A stretch of 64,000 nt of DNA from an uncultured bacterium (GTDB taxonomy: Bacteria; Chloroflexota; UBA5177; JANWHV01): positions 320,001-384,000 of the forward strand of contig CAWHAE010000012.1 of assembly GCA_963827235.1 (NCBI GenBank). The letters run 5' to 3'. The notes below the pieces were generated by a model that did not search any database, was not told the DNA's origin, and saw nothing but the letters and a program-made list of their open reading frames with translations. This document shows positions 9,441-18,398 of this stretch, piece by piece. Within the stretch, counting starts at the first letter, position 1. Every line of letters starts with the position of its first letter. The position numbers were made by a program, and so were the translations under genes.

Positions 9441-9923
9441 ATGCGTGGTGCTGCGTGGGGAACGCGACTGGCGGCCGGCGTGTCGATCGTGAGCATTGCA
9501 CTTGCCCTGGGCGGATGCGGCGCCGCTGCCCTGCCGCCCCCGCCCCCGCCTGCCACGGCCACGGTTGCGGTCACTGTCACGCCTGCCGCTGCGGCGCCTG
9601 CCACGGCGGGCCCGACCGCGACGGCTACGGCACCGGCGGGCAACGCTGCTCAGCGTGCCGCCGGTGAGGCGGCGTTCACGTCGTCGTGCGGAACCTGTCA
9701 CGCGCTGACCGCCGCCGGCACGAGCGGCACCATCGGTCCGAGCTTGAATGCCATCGGCACGTTGCGTACCGCCGCCTGGATCGTGGCGCAGATCCATAAC
9801 CCGTGCGCGCCGGGCCACTCCAATGCCGCCGGCCCGAAGTACACCTGCTCGCTCATGCCGCCGGGCATCGTCTCCGGAGCTCAGGCGCAGGCCATCGCCG
9901 CCTACCTGGCTTCCCAGAAGTAG
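9441..9923 (+). CDS. Lipoprotein mono-heme cytochrome c
   Basis: Lipobox LGGC, Pro/Thr/Ala linker, CGTCH heme motif, IGPSL, and a distal Met in 'LMPP'. Confidence 0.85.
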   Translation: MRGAAWGTRLAAGVSIVSIALALGGCGAAALPPPPPPATATVAVTVTPAAAAPATAGPTATATAPAGNAAQRAAGEAAFTSSCGTCHALTAAGTSGTIGPSLNAIGTLRTAAWIVAQIHNPCAPGHSNAAGPKYTCSLMPPGIVSGAQAQAIAAYLASQK

Positions 9924-10066
9924 GGCGAGACGGAATGGAGGCTCTGCCTTGCTCTCACGGCGACGCATAGTGCGGCCGAGACACCGGTCGGCCGCCGACT
10001 GGCCCGCGAACCGCCTCGCTTCTCGGCAGCCTGCCTCCAGATGCTCGGCCGGTTGGAGGCGAGCCG

Positions 10067-10657
10067 GTGGCTGAGGATCTCGACACACGGCCGACCGGTT
10101 CGGTCGAGACCTTCGACCTGCGGCGTGGACCCGTGGAGCCGTTTGCCGTGGAAGGAATCCGTTTCGTGCGCTACCATGCCCGCCTGGCGCCCGCGCTGGC
10201 CGCTGCCATGGGCGTGGGCGTCGAGACCGTGCACCGGCGGCAGGCGGAGGCAATGCAAGCATCCGTGGCTCTGCTGGAGGACGACTTGGTTGCTGCGTAC
10301 GGATGGGTCAGCCACGAGCTGATTCGTATCTACGAATTGAACCTGGCCGTGCCGATCCCACGCGGGCATGCCTATATCTGGGACTGCACGACGCTCTACC
10401 CGTACAGGAACCGCGGCATCTTCGCCGGCCTGCTTCGCTTCATACTGGAAGATCTTCGTCTGCAGGGCGACACGCGGGCGTGGGGGGCAGTTGCTCCGGG
10501 CAACGAGCCGTCGTTGCGCGCCTTCTCCCGAGCCGGATTCCGGCTCGTCGCCCGCCTGCACGCGGATCTCGGGCGCTTCGATCTGGCGCCCACGGACGAG
10601 GCAACCGCGGATGAGCTGGCTTTCGTCCAGGCGATGCGTCCGATCTTCGAGTCGTAG
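10067..10657 (+). CDS. GNAT family N-acetyltransferase
   Basis: AYIWDCTTLYPYRNRGIF..N.PSLRAF..AGF; GGAGG RBS. Confidence 0.8.
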   Translation: MAEDLDTRPTGSVETFDLRRGPVEPFAVEGIRFVRYHARLAPALAAAMGVGVETVHRRQAEAMQASVALLEDDLVAAYGWVSHELIRIYELNLAVPIPRGHAYIWDCTTLYPYRNRGIFAGLLRFILEDLRLQGDTRAWGAVAPGNEPSLRAFSRAGFRLVARLHADLGRFDLAPTDEATADELAFVQAMRPIFES

Positions 10658-10733
10658 GCCGCGGTTCCCCCCCTTGAAGCGAACAGGAGAAGGCGGAGGG
10701 CTGCAGCCGGGTCCGGACACGCGCCCGCTCGGC

Positions 10734-11594
10734 TCAGGGTGCGGCCTGCTCGGAAGCCGCTTCCGCGAACAGATACGAATCGATCAGCGCGCGCGAGATA
10801 CTCATCGGGGGCGGGATCTGCGGCATGGTGGCGCGAGTGAACCAGCGCGCGTCGGCTATCTCCTCCGGATCGATGCGAATCTCGCCCGACTTCCATGTGC
10901 AGGTGAACCCGACCATCATCTGATGCGGAAACGGCCACGGCTGGCTGCCGAAATAGCGGATGTTCTCGACTTCGACCCCGACCTCCTCGCGCACCTCGCG
11001 AACGACGGTATCCTCCAGCGTCTCCCCCACCTCGACAAATCCAGCCGGCGTGCTGTAGCGTCCCGTGGGAAAGCTCCGGCCTCGCGCCAACAGCACTTCC
11101 GAACCCCTCGTGATCAGCACGATCACGCAGGGCGAAATGCGCGGGTACGCCGTCAGTCCGCACGCCGGGCACTTGCGCGCCCGCTCTGTATCCAGGGGCA
11201 GCGTAGGAGTGCCGCACTGGCCGCAGAACCGGTGCGTACGGTCCCAGGTCACAACCTGCGTGGCGCGCCCGGCGATGGCGAAGTGCTCGTCGTCTATCCG
11301 GCCGTAGAGGCCCCTGAGGCCCTGCAGCGCGAAGCCATCCGGCAGCTCCCGATCGGCGACCATGCTGGCCGCCAGGCAGGGGTGGTTCCCGATCTGGCCG
11401 AGATAGTGGCTATCGACTGCCGCGACGCCGAGGTCGGCGAGCGAAGCGGCAAAGGGCACCTCGACGCGCCCACCCGTTTCGCGCACCAGGAGATCGCCGT
11501 CGCTGAAGGCAAACCACCAGGCCTCAGGCTCCAGCTTCTCCGGTCGCACGTAGCCGGGGATGAAGACGCAGCTCGCCATGCTGTCACGCTTCAT
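10734..11594 (-). CDS. nudC: NAD(H) diphosphatase NudC
   Basis: RFCGQCG..CPACG zinc motif, Nudix box GFVEVGETLEDTVVREVREEVG, SQPWPFP signature. Start uncertain (11594 or 11579). Confidence 0.92.
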   Translation of the reverse strand: MKRDSMASCVFIPGYVRPEKLEPEAWWFAFSDGDLLVRETGGRVEVPFAASLADLGVAAVDSHYLGQIGNHPCLAASMVADRELPDGFALQGLRGLYGRIDDEHFAIAGRATQVVTWDRTHRFCGQCGTPTLPLDTERARKCPACGLTAYPRISPCVIVLITRGSEVLLARGRSFPTGRYSTPAGFVEVGETLEDTVVREVREEVGVEVENIRYFGSQPWPFPHQMMVGFTCTWKSGEIRIDPEEIADARWFTRATMPQIPPPMSISRALIDSYLFAEAASEQAAP

Positions 11595-11867
11595 CGCGTA
11601 TTGTTTCGTATGCGGCATCCTGGCACCATTCTCCAGTGGAGTAGCTCCGGTGGGCGGGGCAACCGGTCCGCCGGTCCGGTAGCGGCACTCGTACATGCTG
11701 CAGGTTCCGGGTCCTGATGCGCCGCCGCCGTCCGCCATCTACGGTACCACAGGAGGGCAGGTGAATGGTCGGGCGCTTCGGCGGTCACCCGGAGCTCGAC
11801 GTCGAGTGTTCGCCGTGTTCACCTGGCGGAGGGGTCGCGGTGTGCCGATCGCACTATGATTAGGGGC

Positions 11868-13538
11868 ATGAATATCCGAAGCGCGCGCGCCTTCGTGCGT
11901 GACCTCGACGTGCTGGCCAAGCGCCCGCGCGGCGGGGCGCTGATCGCCATCATCATGATCGCCGCTCTCGTGCCGATCCTGACCGCCGCGAACGGCGCCA
12001 ACGGCCCGCTCGGCCAGAGCATCCCGCTGTTCTTCCTCGTGCCGGTCTTGGTCGCCTCTTCCGTGGGCGGCCGTGGTTCCGGCGTTCTCTCGGCGTTCGT
12101 GGCTGTGCTGTGCTGGGACTTCTTCTTCATACCGCCGACCTACCGGGTCACCGTTGCTTCCACGCGCGACGCGCTGGCCCTGCTTGTCTTTCTCCTGGTG
12201 GCCCTGCTGGTCGGCCAGCTATCCACCGTGGCCCGTAGGCGAACCGACGAGGCGCTGCGCCGTGCCCACGCATCCGAGGCCGTCTACGATATGAGCATGG
12301 GACTGATCGCGCGCAAGACACCGCGCGATCTGCTTACTCCCTTGCTCGAGCGCCTGCGGAACGCGCTCAAGCTCGGCGTCTGCGCCGTCCTGATGCAGGA
12401 TCGATCCGGCCGATGGCAATACGTTGCCTCGACCGGCCCGCTGCCGGACGACCTTGATGCGGTGCACAGCCGCAACGTGGCCGCGGTGGCCGCCGAGACG
12501 ATCCAGCTCGGGCACGAGTGCCGCCTCGGTCTCGCCGGCGATCGGCGCCAGCGGTACGACCGCATCCGCAGGCCGCGCGCCGGGTCCGAGCGGGCGCGCT
12601 TCATCCCGCTGCGTGTGGGCGACCGTCCGGTGGGCGTGCTGGAGATCGTGCCCGGCGCTGCCGGCGAGCCCGACGTGGAGCAGGAGCATCTGCTTATGAC
12701 CTTTGCCAATAGCGCTGCCATCGCCCTCGAACAGGCACGGCTGGCGGTGGAGGAACAGGCTGCCGCCGTGGCGAGGGAAAGCGACAAGCTGAAGAGCGCG
12801 TTGCTCTCCTCGGTCTCGCACGACCTCCGGACCCCGCTGGCTGGCATCAAGGCAGCTGCCAGCTCGTTGCTGCAGGACGACGTCGCCTGGAGTGAGGCAG
12901 ATCGGCGCGCCTTCGTCGCCGAGATCGATTCCTCGGCCGACCGCCTCACCCGCCTGGTCTCCAACCTGCTCGACCTCTCGCGCATTGAGGCCGGGGCGCT
13001 GCATCCGAGCAAGGAATGGGAGCAAGTCGGCCTGCTGGTCGACCGCGTCGCGCGCCGCTCGACGTCGCTGCTCGGGAATCACGAGCTCCAGTATGCCGTG
13101 GCCGGTGGGCTGCCTGCCGTTCAGCTCGACGCCGTGCAGATCGAGCAGGTGCTCACGAATCTGCTGGAAAACGCGGCCAAGTACTCGCCGCCCGGAACGC
13201 CGATCCGGGTGGACGTGCGCCAGATCGAGAAGGGCGGACTGCCGTGGATCCGCATTGCCGTTCGCGACCACGGCCCCGGCATCGAGCGCGCCGAGCAGGA
13301 ACGCATCTTCGACAAGTTCTACCGCATTACCGGCACCTCCGGGCGCACGTCGGGCACCGGGATGGGCCTGGCCATCGTCAAGGGGCTTGTGGAGGCGCAC
13401 GGCGGCACGGTAGGGGTTGAGAGCACCATGGGCGAGGGCAGCGTCTTCAACGTCGACCTGCCCGTGCAGCGTGAGGCGGAAGCTGGGACCGCCGGGCCGC
13501 CCGACGTCGCAACGGCACAGCCCGCGCACGTCCTGTGA
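11868..13538 (+). CDS. KdpD-like sensor histidine kinase (DUF4118 TM + GAF + HisKA + HATPase), lacking the KdpD N-terminal/Usp domains
   Basis: WDFFFIPP TM block, SVSHDLRTPL H-box, NLLENAAKYS, D.GPGI, IFDKFYR, GMGLAIVK. Confidence 0.88.
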   Translation: MNIRSARAFVRDLDVLAKRPRGGALIAIIMIAALVPILTAANGANGPLGQSIPLFFLVPVLVASSVGGRGSGVLSAFVAVLCWDFFFIPPTYRVTVASTRDALALLVFLLVALLVGQLSTVARRRTDEALRRAHASEAVYDMSMGLIARKTPRDLLTPLLERLRNALKLGVCAVLMQDRSGRWQYVASTGPLPDDLDAVHSRNVAAVAAETIQLGHECRLGLAGDRRQRYDRIRRPRAGSERARFIPLRVGDRPVGVLEIVPGAAGEPDVEQEHLLMTFANSAAIALEQARLAVEEQAAAVARESDKLKSALLSSVSHDLRTPLAGIKAAASSLLQDDVAWSEADRRAFVAEIDSSADRLTRLVSNLLDLSRIEAGALHPSKEWEQVGLLVDRVARRSTSLLGNHELQYAVAGGLPAVQLDAVQIEQVLTNLLENAAKYSPPGTPIRVDVRQIEKGGLPWIRIAVRDHGPGIERAEQERIFDKFYRITGTSGRTSGTGMGLAIVKGLVEAHGGTVGVESTMGEGSVFNVDLPVQREAEAGTAGPPDVATAQPAHVL

Positions 13539-13591
13539 CTGCCGTTTCCGCCGTCTCCGGCGGCGTCGTGAGGCCGCGCTGCCTCGGCACG

Positions 13592-13607
13592 GTGCAGACG
13601 TCTGCAC
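13592..13607. promoter_or_regulatory. Perfect 16-bp palindrome GTGCAGACGTCTGCAC, copy 1; candidate parS for the adjacent ParB
   Basis: Directly visible, 31 nt past the parB stop. Confidence 0.65.
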
Positions 13608-13638
13608 TCACCGCGGGCCGGGCACCGGGCGCCGGTGC

Positions 13639-14727
13639 TCAGTCGACGGCAGGCGGTCTGGCTTCCGCCTGATCGAGACGAATGCGCTCCAGCAGAGCGA
13701 TGAACGAATCGAGGCTGATGCGGGCCGCGCGCGCCTGCGCGATAATCTCCGGCAGATCGTCGAGATCGGTTGCCACCTCATCCATGTGCACGTTCCGCAG
13801 CTCTGCGGCGATGCGCTCCAGGCGCAGCCGCAGGCGGCGCGTCCGCTCGCGTCTGGCTTTCTCGCGGCGAAGGTCGCCGCCGCTCAGTCCCGCCTCCGGA
13901 CGACCTGAAGGCAGCAGGTCTGCCACCGCGCCCGCTTCAACCGTGGCGCTCCCGCTTCGGGTTCCGCGCTGCGGCTCGCCGAGCGCGTTCGCCTCCGTTT
14001 CCGGGACAGGCGAAGGCGCTGGCGCTTCGGACTTCGCACCGGCGATCAGACGGCGCGTGTTGGCCACGCTGAGGCTGTTGTCGATCACCTCGTGCAAGAG
14101 CTCCGGCACGCGGTCGGCGGGCACGCGCCGCAGCTCCGCGGCGTGCCCCTCGCTGATCTCGTTGTCTCTGAGCGCCTGCTGCAGTACCGGCAGGTCGGAG
14201 AGGTGTTCCAGGTACTGGTATGCCCGCCGCCTGCCGATGCCGTGCTGCCGCGCGACGTCCAGCCAGTCGGAAGGGCGCAGCTCGCGCAGACGGGCCAGCG
14301 CGCGTGCGGCGTCCGGCACCGTGAGATCCTCGCGCACCAGGTTCTCCACCAGCTGCAGTACCAGCTTGTCCGCGTCGGACGTCGGCCGGTGCTCGACCAG
14401 CACGGGGACGTGCGTGAATGCCGCGATACGAGCCGCCAGCAGCCGGCGCTCGCCGCTGATCACCACGAACCTTTCCCGGCTGTCGTCGTAGAACGCGGTG
14501 ATTGGTTGCCTCATGCCGACGGTGCGCAACGAGGTCGCCAGCTCTTGCAGCGCCTCCTCGTCGATCGTCTTGCGAGGCTGATCCGGGTCGGCGATCAGAC
14601 GCTCGAGGGGCACCATGCGCGCCGCGGCGAGCGGCTGCGAGCCGTCGGAGCTCGCGGACAGCGCACTGTCCCGGCCCGGAGCCGCTGGTTGAGGGATAGG
14701 TGTGAAATCGAACTGCCGCCGAGCCAC
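13639..14727 (-). CDS. parB: ParB/RepB/Spo0J family partition protein
   Basis: DPDQPRK, L..S.R..G..QPI, ISGERRLLAA (CTP-binding box), QLVENL.REDL, HTH; GAGGAG RBS before GTG. Confidence 0.9.
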   Translation of the reverse strand: MARRQFDFTPIPQPAAPGRDSALSASSDGSQPLAAARMVPLERLIADPDQPRKTIDEEALQELATSLRTVGMRQPITAFYDDSRERFVVISGERRLLAARIAAFTHVPVLVEHRPTSDADKLVLQLVENLVREDLTVPDAARALARLRELRPSDWLDVARQHGIGRRRAYQYLEHLSDLPVLQQALRDNEISEGHAAELRRVPADRVPELLHEVIDNSLSVANTRRLIAGAKSEAPAPSPVPETEANALGEPQRGTRSGSATVEAGAVADLLPSGRPEAGLSGGDLRREKARRERTRRLRLRLERIAAELRNVHMDEVATDLDDLPEIIAQARAARISLDSFIALLERIRLDQAEARPPAVD

Positions 14728-14750
14728 CTGAGTTCTCCTCGGTTACGCGC

Positions 14751-15515
14751 TTAATCTGTGCATGCGCCGTCGATCGCCGCGGCCAGCTCCCGGTAGGCCT
14801 GCGCGGCGGCCGAGCGCGGGCGGTAGAACACCATCGGCCGGCGCGCGTTGAGCGATTCCTGCACGCCGATGGCGTCGGGAACGATCGCTTCGAATACCGC
14901 CGCGCCGAAGCGCGATCGCATCGACGCGACCGCCTGGCGGCCGAGCGACGTGCGTGGGCGCACCTGGCCCAGCAAAATGCCGCCCAGCCTCAGTGTATAG
15001 TTCCGCTGCCGGCGAATGCGCTCCAGGGTGCCCAGAGTCTCGTCGAGTGCCTGCCGGCTGCCGAGATCCTGCGGATTGAGCGGCAGAATGGCGGCATGCG
15101 CCGTGACCAGTACGTTCAAGGTCAGCCTGCCCAGCAGCGGCGGGCTATCGATCAGACAGATGTCGAAGCTATCCAGGAGGCCCGGGCTCGCATCCACGCT
15201 CCGCTTGAGCAGCAGGTCGGAGTTCGGCAGAGAGTTCTCCTGCAGCTCAACCATGTCCGAATGGCCGGGCACGACGGAGATGTTGTGAAACGGCGTCGCC
15301 CTGACCAGTCCATCGAGCGCTCTGCCTTCGTGAAGGATTCGCGGCAGGTCGAGATCGAGCGGGGCGCTGCACAGCGTGCTGAGCGTGACCTGCGGATCCA
15401 TGTCTATCAGGAGCACCCGCCTGCCCAGCTCGCTCAATGCACCGGCGATATTGAAGGCAGAGGTGGTCTTGCCGCTGCCGCCCTTGCGCTGGGCAAACGC
15501 AATAATCGTGGCCAT
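14751..15515 (-). CDS. parA: ParA/Soj family ATPase
   Basis: KGGSGKTT, LIDMDPQ, IDSPP.LG; 23 nt upstream of parB. Confidence 0.92.
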   Translation of the reverse strand: MATIIAFAQRKGGSGKTTSAFNIAGALSELGRRVLLIDMDPQVTLSTLCSAPLDLDLPRILHEGRALDGLVRATPFHNISVVPGHSDMVELQENSLPNSDLLLKRSVDASPGLLDSFDICLIDSPPLLGRLTLNVLVTAHAAILPLNPQDLGSRQALDETLGTLERIRRQRNYTLRLGGILLGQVRPRTSLGRQAVASMRSRFGAAVFEAIVPDAIGVQESLNARRPMVFYRPRSAAAQAYRELAAAIDGACTD

Positions 15516-15595
15516 GGCACCTTCTCAACACCCGTTGCACTCGCGGAGTATACCAGAGTACGGCAGGATCTGGCGCCTGATAGTTCGCGGCGCGC

Positions 15596-15691
15596 GGACC
15601 TGAAATCCGCGATCCAGCGGTTCGGTGCCGCTGCGACCGCGTTCGTCTCGACCGCCTCCGGACATGCGCGGCATCGCTTCCATCGTCGCGA
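15596..15691 (+). repeat. Dispersed ~100-bp repeat family A, copy 1
   Basis: ggacctgaaatccgcgatccagcggttcggt...ccgcctccggacatgcgcggcatcgcttccatcgtcgcga aligns with 29417 and 38152. Confidence 0.8.
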
Positions 15692-15752
15692 TGACCCTGG
15701 CCCTGCTGACTCGATCGACTGCAGCTATCGTGACCTGGCGCGTCTCAGCACG

Positions 15753-15768
15753 GTGCAGACGTCTGCAC
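15753..15768. promoter_or_regulatory. GTGCAGACGTCTGCAC palindrome, copy 2
   Basis: Identical to copy 1 over 23 bp including flanks (gcacg..tc; 13587-13609 equals 15748-15770). Confidence 0.65.
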
Positions 15769-15823
15769 TCGATCGCTGCTCGCGATCATGGCCTGCTCGC
15801 CGTCACCCCCGCGACTCACCATA

Positions 15824-15839
15824 GTGCAGACGTCTGCAC
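15824..15839. promoter_or_regulatory. GTGCAGACGTCTGCAC palindrome, copy 3
   Basis: Starts 71 bp after copy 2, upstream of parA. Confidence 0.65.
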
Positions 15840-16073
15840 AGTGTGCGAATCGGCGGCCGCCCGGCGCCCATTGTTCAGACCGGACGGCACCCGGGCATTG
15901 GTCGCTCCGCCGGCGCCGAGCATGGCATCCAGGCTCATCCCAACGGGAGCGACAGGATCGATCCCGGCTCGGCCCAGCCACAGGGAGCAGTATATGGCAG
16001 AAGGCACGGACGGATTGTCGCCCGGATCATTGCATCGGATGGAGCGCTCACCGCCTCGCCACAACCGGCCGCA

Positions 16074-16155
16074 GCCGGCCCGTACCCTGCCATCCTGCCT
16101 CGGCTGGTGGCTCCTGAGGTCCTGTCCCCGCCATCCTGCCGTGGCTGCAGGCCCC
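16074..16155 (+). repeat. Repeat family B, two degenerate partial copies
   Basis: gccggcccgtaccctgccatcctgcc and gtccccgccatcctgccgtggctgcaggc match gccggcccgtccctgccatgctgccgcaactgcaggct in the 32542-32716 repeats. Confidence 0.6.
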
Positions 16156-16178
16156 ATGCCCTGTCGAGAAGCGGCCCG

Positions 16179-18398
16179 CTAGAGCATCGCTGCCAGCAGG
16201 CGGTCCAGGCGCACCAGATCGTCCTCCAGCTGCCTGAGTGCCGCGATACGCGTCGCAGCCTCTTCCGCCACCGACGTTGCCTCGGCCTCGTCCGCGTGGG
16301 CGGCACCGGATCGTTCGTCGCAGATGCGCGCCAGCTCCTCGGCGATCGCGGCCGTTTGCCACTCCAGATCGGCACGCAATTCCCGGGGCGCGCTGCGGGC
16401 CAGTGCCAGGAGCTCGGCGGACTCGGCGCCGGCCGGCACCGCGAAGCTCAGCGGATTGACGTGCAGGTCGAACGACGGCGGCTCCAGCCCGCGCTCCATG
16501 AACGCGGCACGGGCGCGAGCCGCCACGAGATCCAGCGCCTCCTGCGCGGCGCGCGTGTAGTCCGCGGCTACCGCTCGCAGTGCCGCCAGAAGCGATCGCC
16601 TCAGTTGTTCGTCGCCTTGGGACGGCGCGGCAATCCGCTGTGCCTCCAGTCGCTCCGTCAGTGCCCCGAGTCCACCCACCGTGCCCTGTTCGAGACCGGC
16701 CTGCAGGCGCGCCGTGGCGCCGACCGCGGCGTCCGGCAGACCGGCGGCGGACCGCTTGGCCGCTGCCACCGCTTCAGCCAACTTGCCGGCCGGCGCACTC
16801 CTTCGCTCTGCCGCGCCGCGCTCGGCGACGGCACGGGACACGGCATCGCGCAGTATGCGCACGAAGCGGCGCGCCCGCCCGGCCCGGGCTCGCAGCAGCA
16901 TCGACTCCGCCTCGGGACCGAGCAGCTCGCGCAGGCGCGCCCGCAAGAGCGGTATGCCGGACTCGTCCGGCGCTGCCTTTCGCTGGCGTTGGGCTCGAGC
17001 CGCCTGCAGGGCCGACACGTAGAACGTGTCGGTCCGCGCTCCTTCATCAGCACCCCGGAAAGGACTTGGGAAGTCGGCCAGAATGGCTCGGGCCCTGGTG
17101 CGCAGATTCTCGCGCTCGCCCTCCTCCACGATGGTGTCCCAAAAGTTGATCAGGAACAGCGCGTTGCGATGGTACTCGTTGACCAGCGGGCCGAAGATCG
17201 TTTCTCGCTCGAGGTCGCCAAGTAGCTGGTCCGCGGCCAGCACGAAGAGTATGAGATCGGCCCTGCCCAGGGCGGCCAGCGCGCCGGCCGAACGGCCCGA
17301 CTGCTCGTTCAGGCCCGGCGTGTCCTCGATCTCCACTCCGGACGGCAGGTAGGCGCCGGTGACGCGCACCTCCACCCGCCTGGCCTCGTGCAGGTGCGGA
17401 TCCGGCGGCGCTTCGTCCCCGGCTGCCGGCGTCGCATCGTCTGCTACTCGTACGGCGCCGCGGAATTGCTCGAGCGTCAGCTCCAGAGGCGCCCGCCTGG
17501 TACGGTAGGTGATCGTCGCTCCATCCCTCTCGCCCACTCTCGGCACCCGCAACGCGCAGGCGATCGGTGTGGTGGGAGTCATGCCGGTGGGGAGCGCGAT
17601 CTCGCCGTGGATGCCGAACAGGGCATTGATCAGGGTGGACTTACCACGGCTGAACTCTCCCACGACCACGATCCTGCAGATCGGACTATCCAGCGGGTAC
17701 ATGGGCTGGATGACCGGCACGCCGTGCACACCCAGCTTGCCGGCCAACCCGCTGCAAGCAGAAAGCCAGGCAGGCACCGTCTCGCGGAACCACGCTAGCT
17801 GCGCCGCGGCGCTGCCCGCCGGCGGCCGCACGTCCGGCGGCACGATGGCCCGCGGCGGGTCGCTGGGTGCCCCCGTCCCCGCACCGTCGGGCTTAGAGGT
17901 TCGCGCCTGCCTCTGTAGCTGGGCGATCGCTGCCGGCCATTGCCGGTACTCTTCCTGTCGCGCCAGCCCCTCCACCGCCTGCCGGGCCGTACGCCGTCCG
18001 CGGCTGATCCCGCCGGTCAGCACGCGAAAGCCGCTCTCGAGCGCCTGCGCGGCATCGCGAGCCACGCCCGGACCTATGCGATCGGACAACGCCGGTCCCA
18101 TGTCGTCGGCTGCCGATCCGTCGCGATCGGTTTCCGCGCTGAACGCGAAACGAGACTCCTGCTCGGAGTCTCGCACAGTGTGCCAGACGTGCAGTGCCGG
18201 CAGGACACCGAGCGTCGACTCCACGGATGCGCGCGCGATCGTGCCCACCGGGATGGCGATTCGCGGCTCTCCAGCACCGCGTGGGTCCACGACCAGGCTG
18301 TCGCCCTGGAACCGTAATGTGCCGGCTACCGGCCTGGCGGACTGCCAAGGCACGTCCGCCAGGACCGCGGCCTGCAGCGCCTGGATGTCAATTGCCAA
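16179..18398 (-). CDS. Bacterial dynamin-like GTPase 2 with an N-terminal extension of about 190 aa
   Basis: G1 GEFSRGKST, G2 PTT, G3 DTPG, atypical G4 NFWD, then a helical C-terminus. The TTG start overlaps the end of DLP1. Confidence 0.85.
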   Translation of the reverse strand: MAIDIQALQAAVLADVPWQSARPVAGTLRFQGDSLVVDPRGAGEPRIAIPVGTIARASVESTLGVLPALHVWHTVRDSEQESRFAFSAETDRDGSAADDMGPALSDRIGPGVARDAAQALESGFRVLTGGISRGRRTARQAVEGLARQEEYRQWPAAIAQLQRQARTSKPDGAGTGAPSDPPRAIVPPDVRPPAGSAAAQLAWFRETVPAWLSACSGLAGKLGVHGVPVIQPMYPLDSPICRIVVVGEFSRGKSTLINALFGIHGEIALPTGMTPTTPIACALRVPRVGERDGATITYRTRRAPLELTLEQFRGAVRVADDATPAAGDEAPPDPHLHEARRVEVRVTGAYLPSGVEIEDTPGLNEQSGRSAGALAALGRADLILFVLAADQLLGDLERETIFGPLVNEYHRNALFLINFWDTIVEEGERENLRTRARAILADFPSPFRGADEGARTDTFYVSALQAARAQRQRKAAPDESGIPLLRARLRELLGPEAESMLLRARAGRARRFVRILRDAVSRAVAERGAAERRSAPAGKLAEAVAAAKRSAAGLPDAAVGATARLQAGLEQGTVGGLGALTERLEAQRIAAPSQGDEQLRRSLLAALRAVAADYTRAAQEALDLVAARARAAFMERGLEPPSFDLHVNPLSFAVPAGAESAELLALARSAPRELRADLEWQTAAIAEELARICDERSGAAHADEAEATSVAEEAATRIAALRQLEDDLVRLDRLLAAML

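Noticed and set aside
13587-15770. 23-bp direct repeat as attL/attR of an integrated element
   Set aside because: No integrase or tRNA target, the core is a perfect palindrome, and a third copy exists. A protein-binding site is the simpler explanation, though att is not fully excluded.
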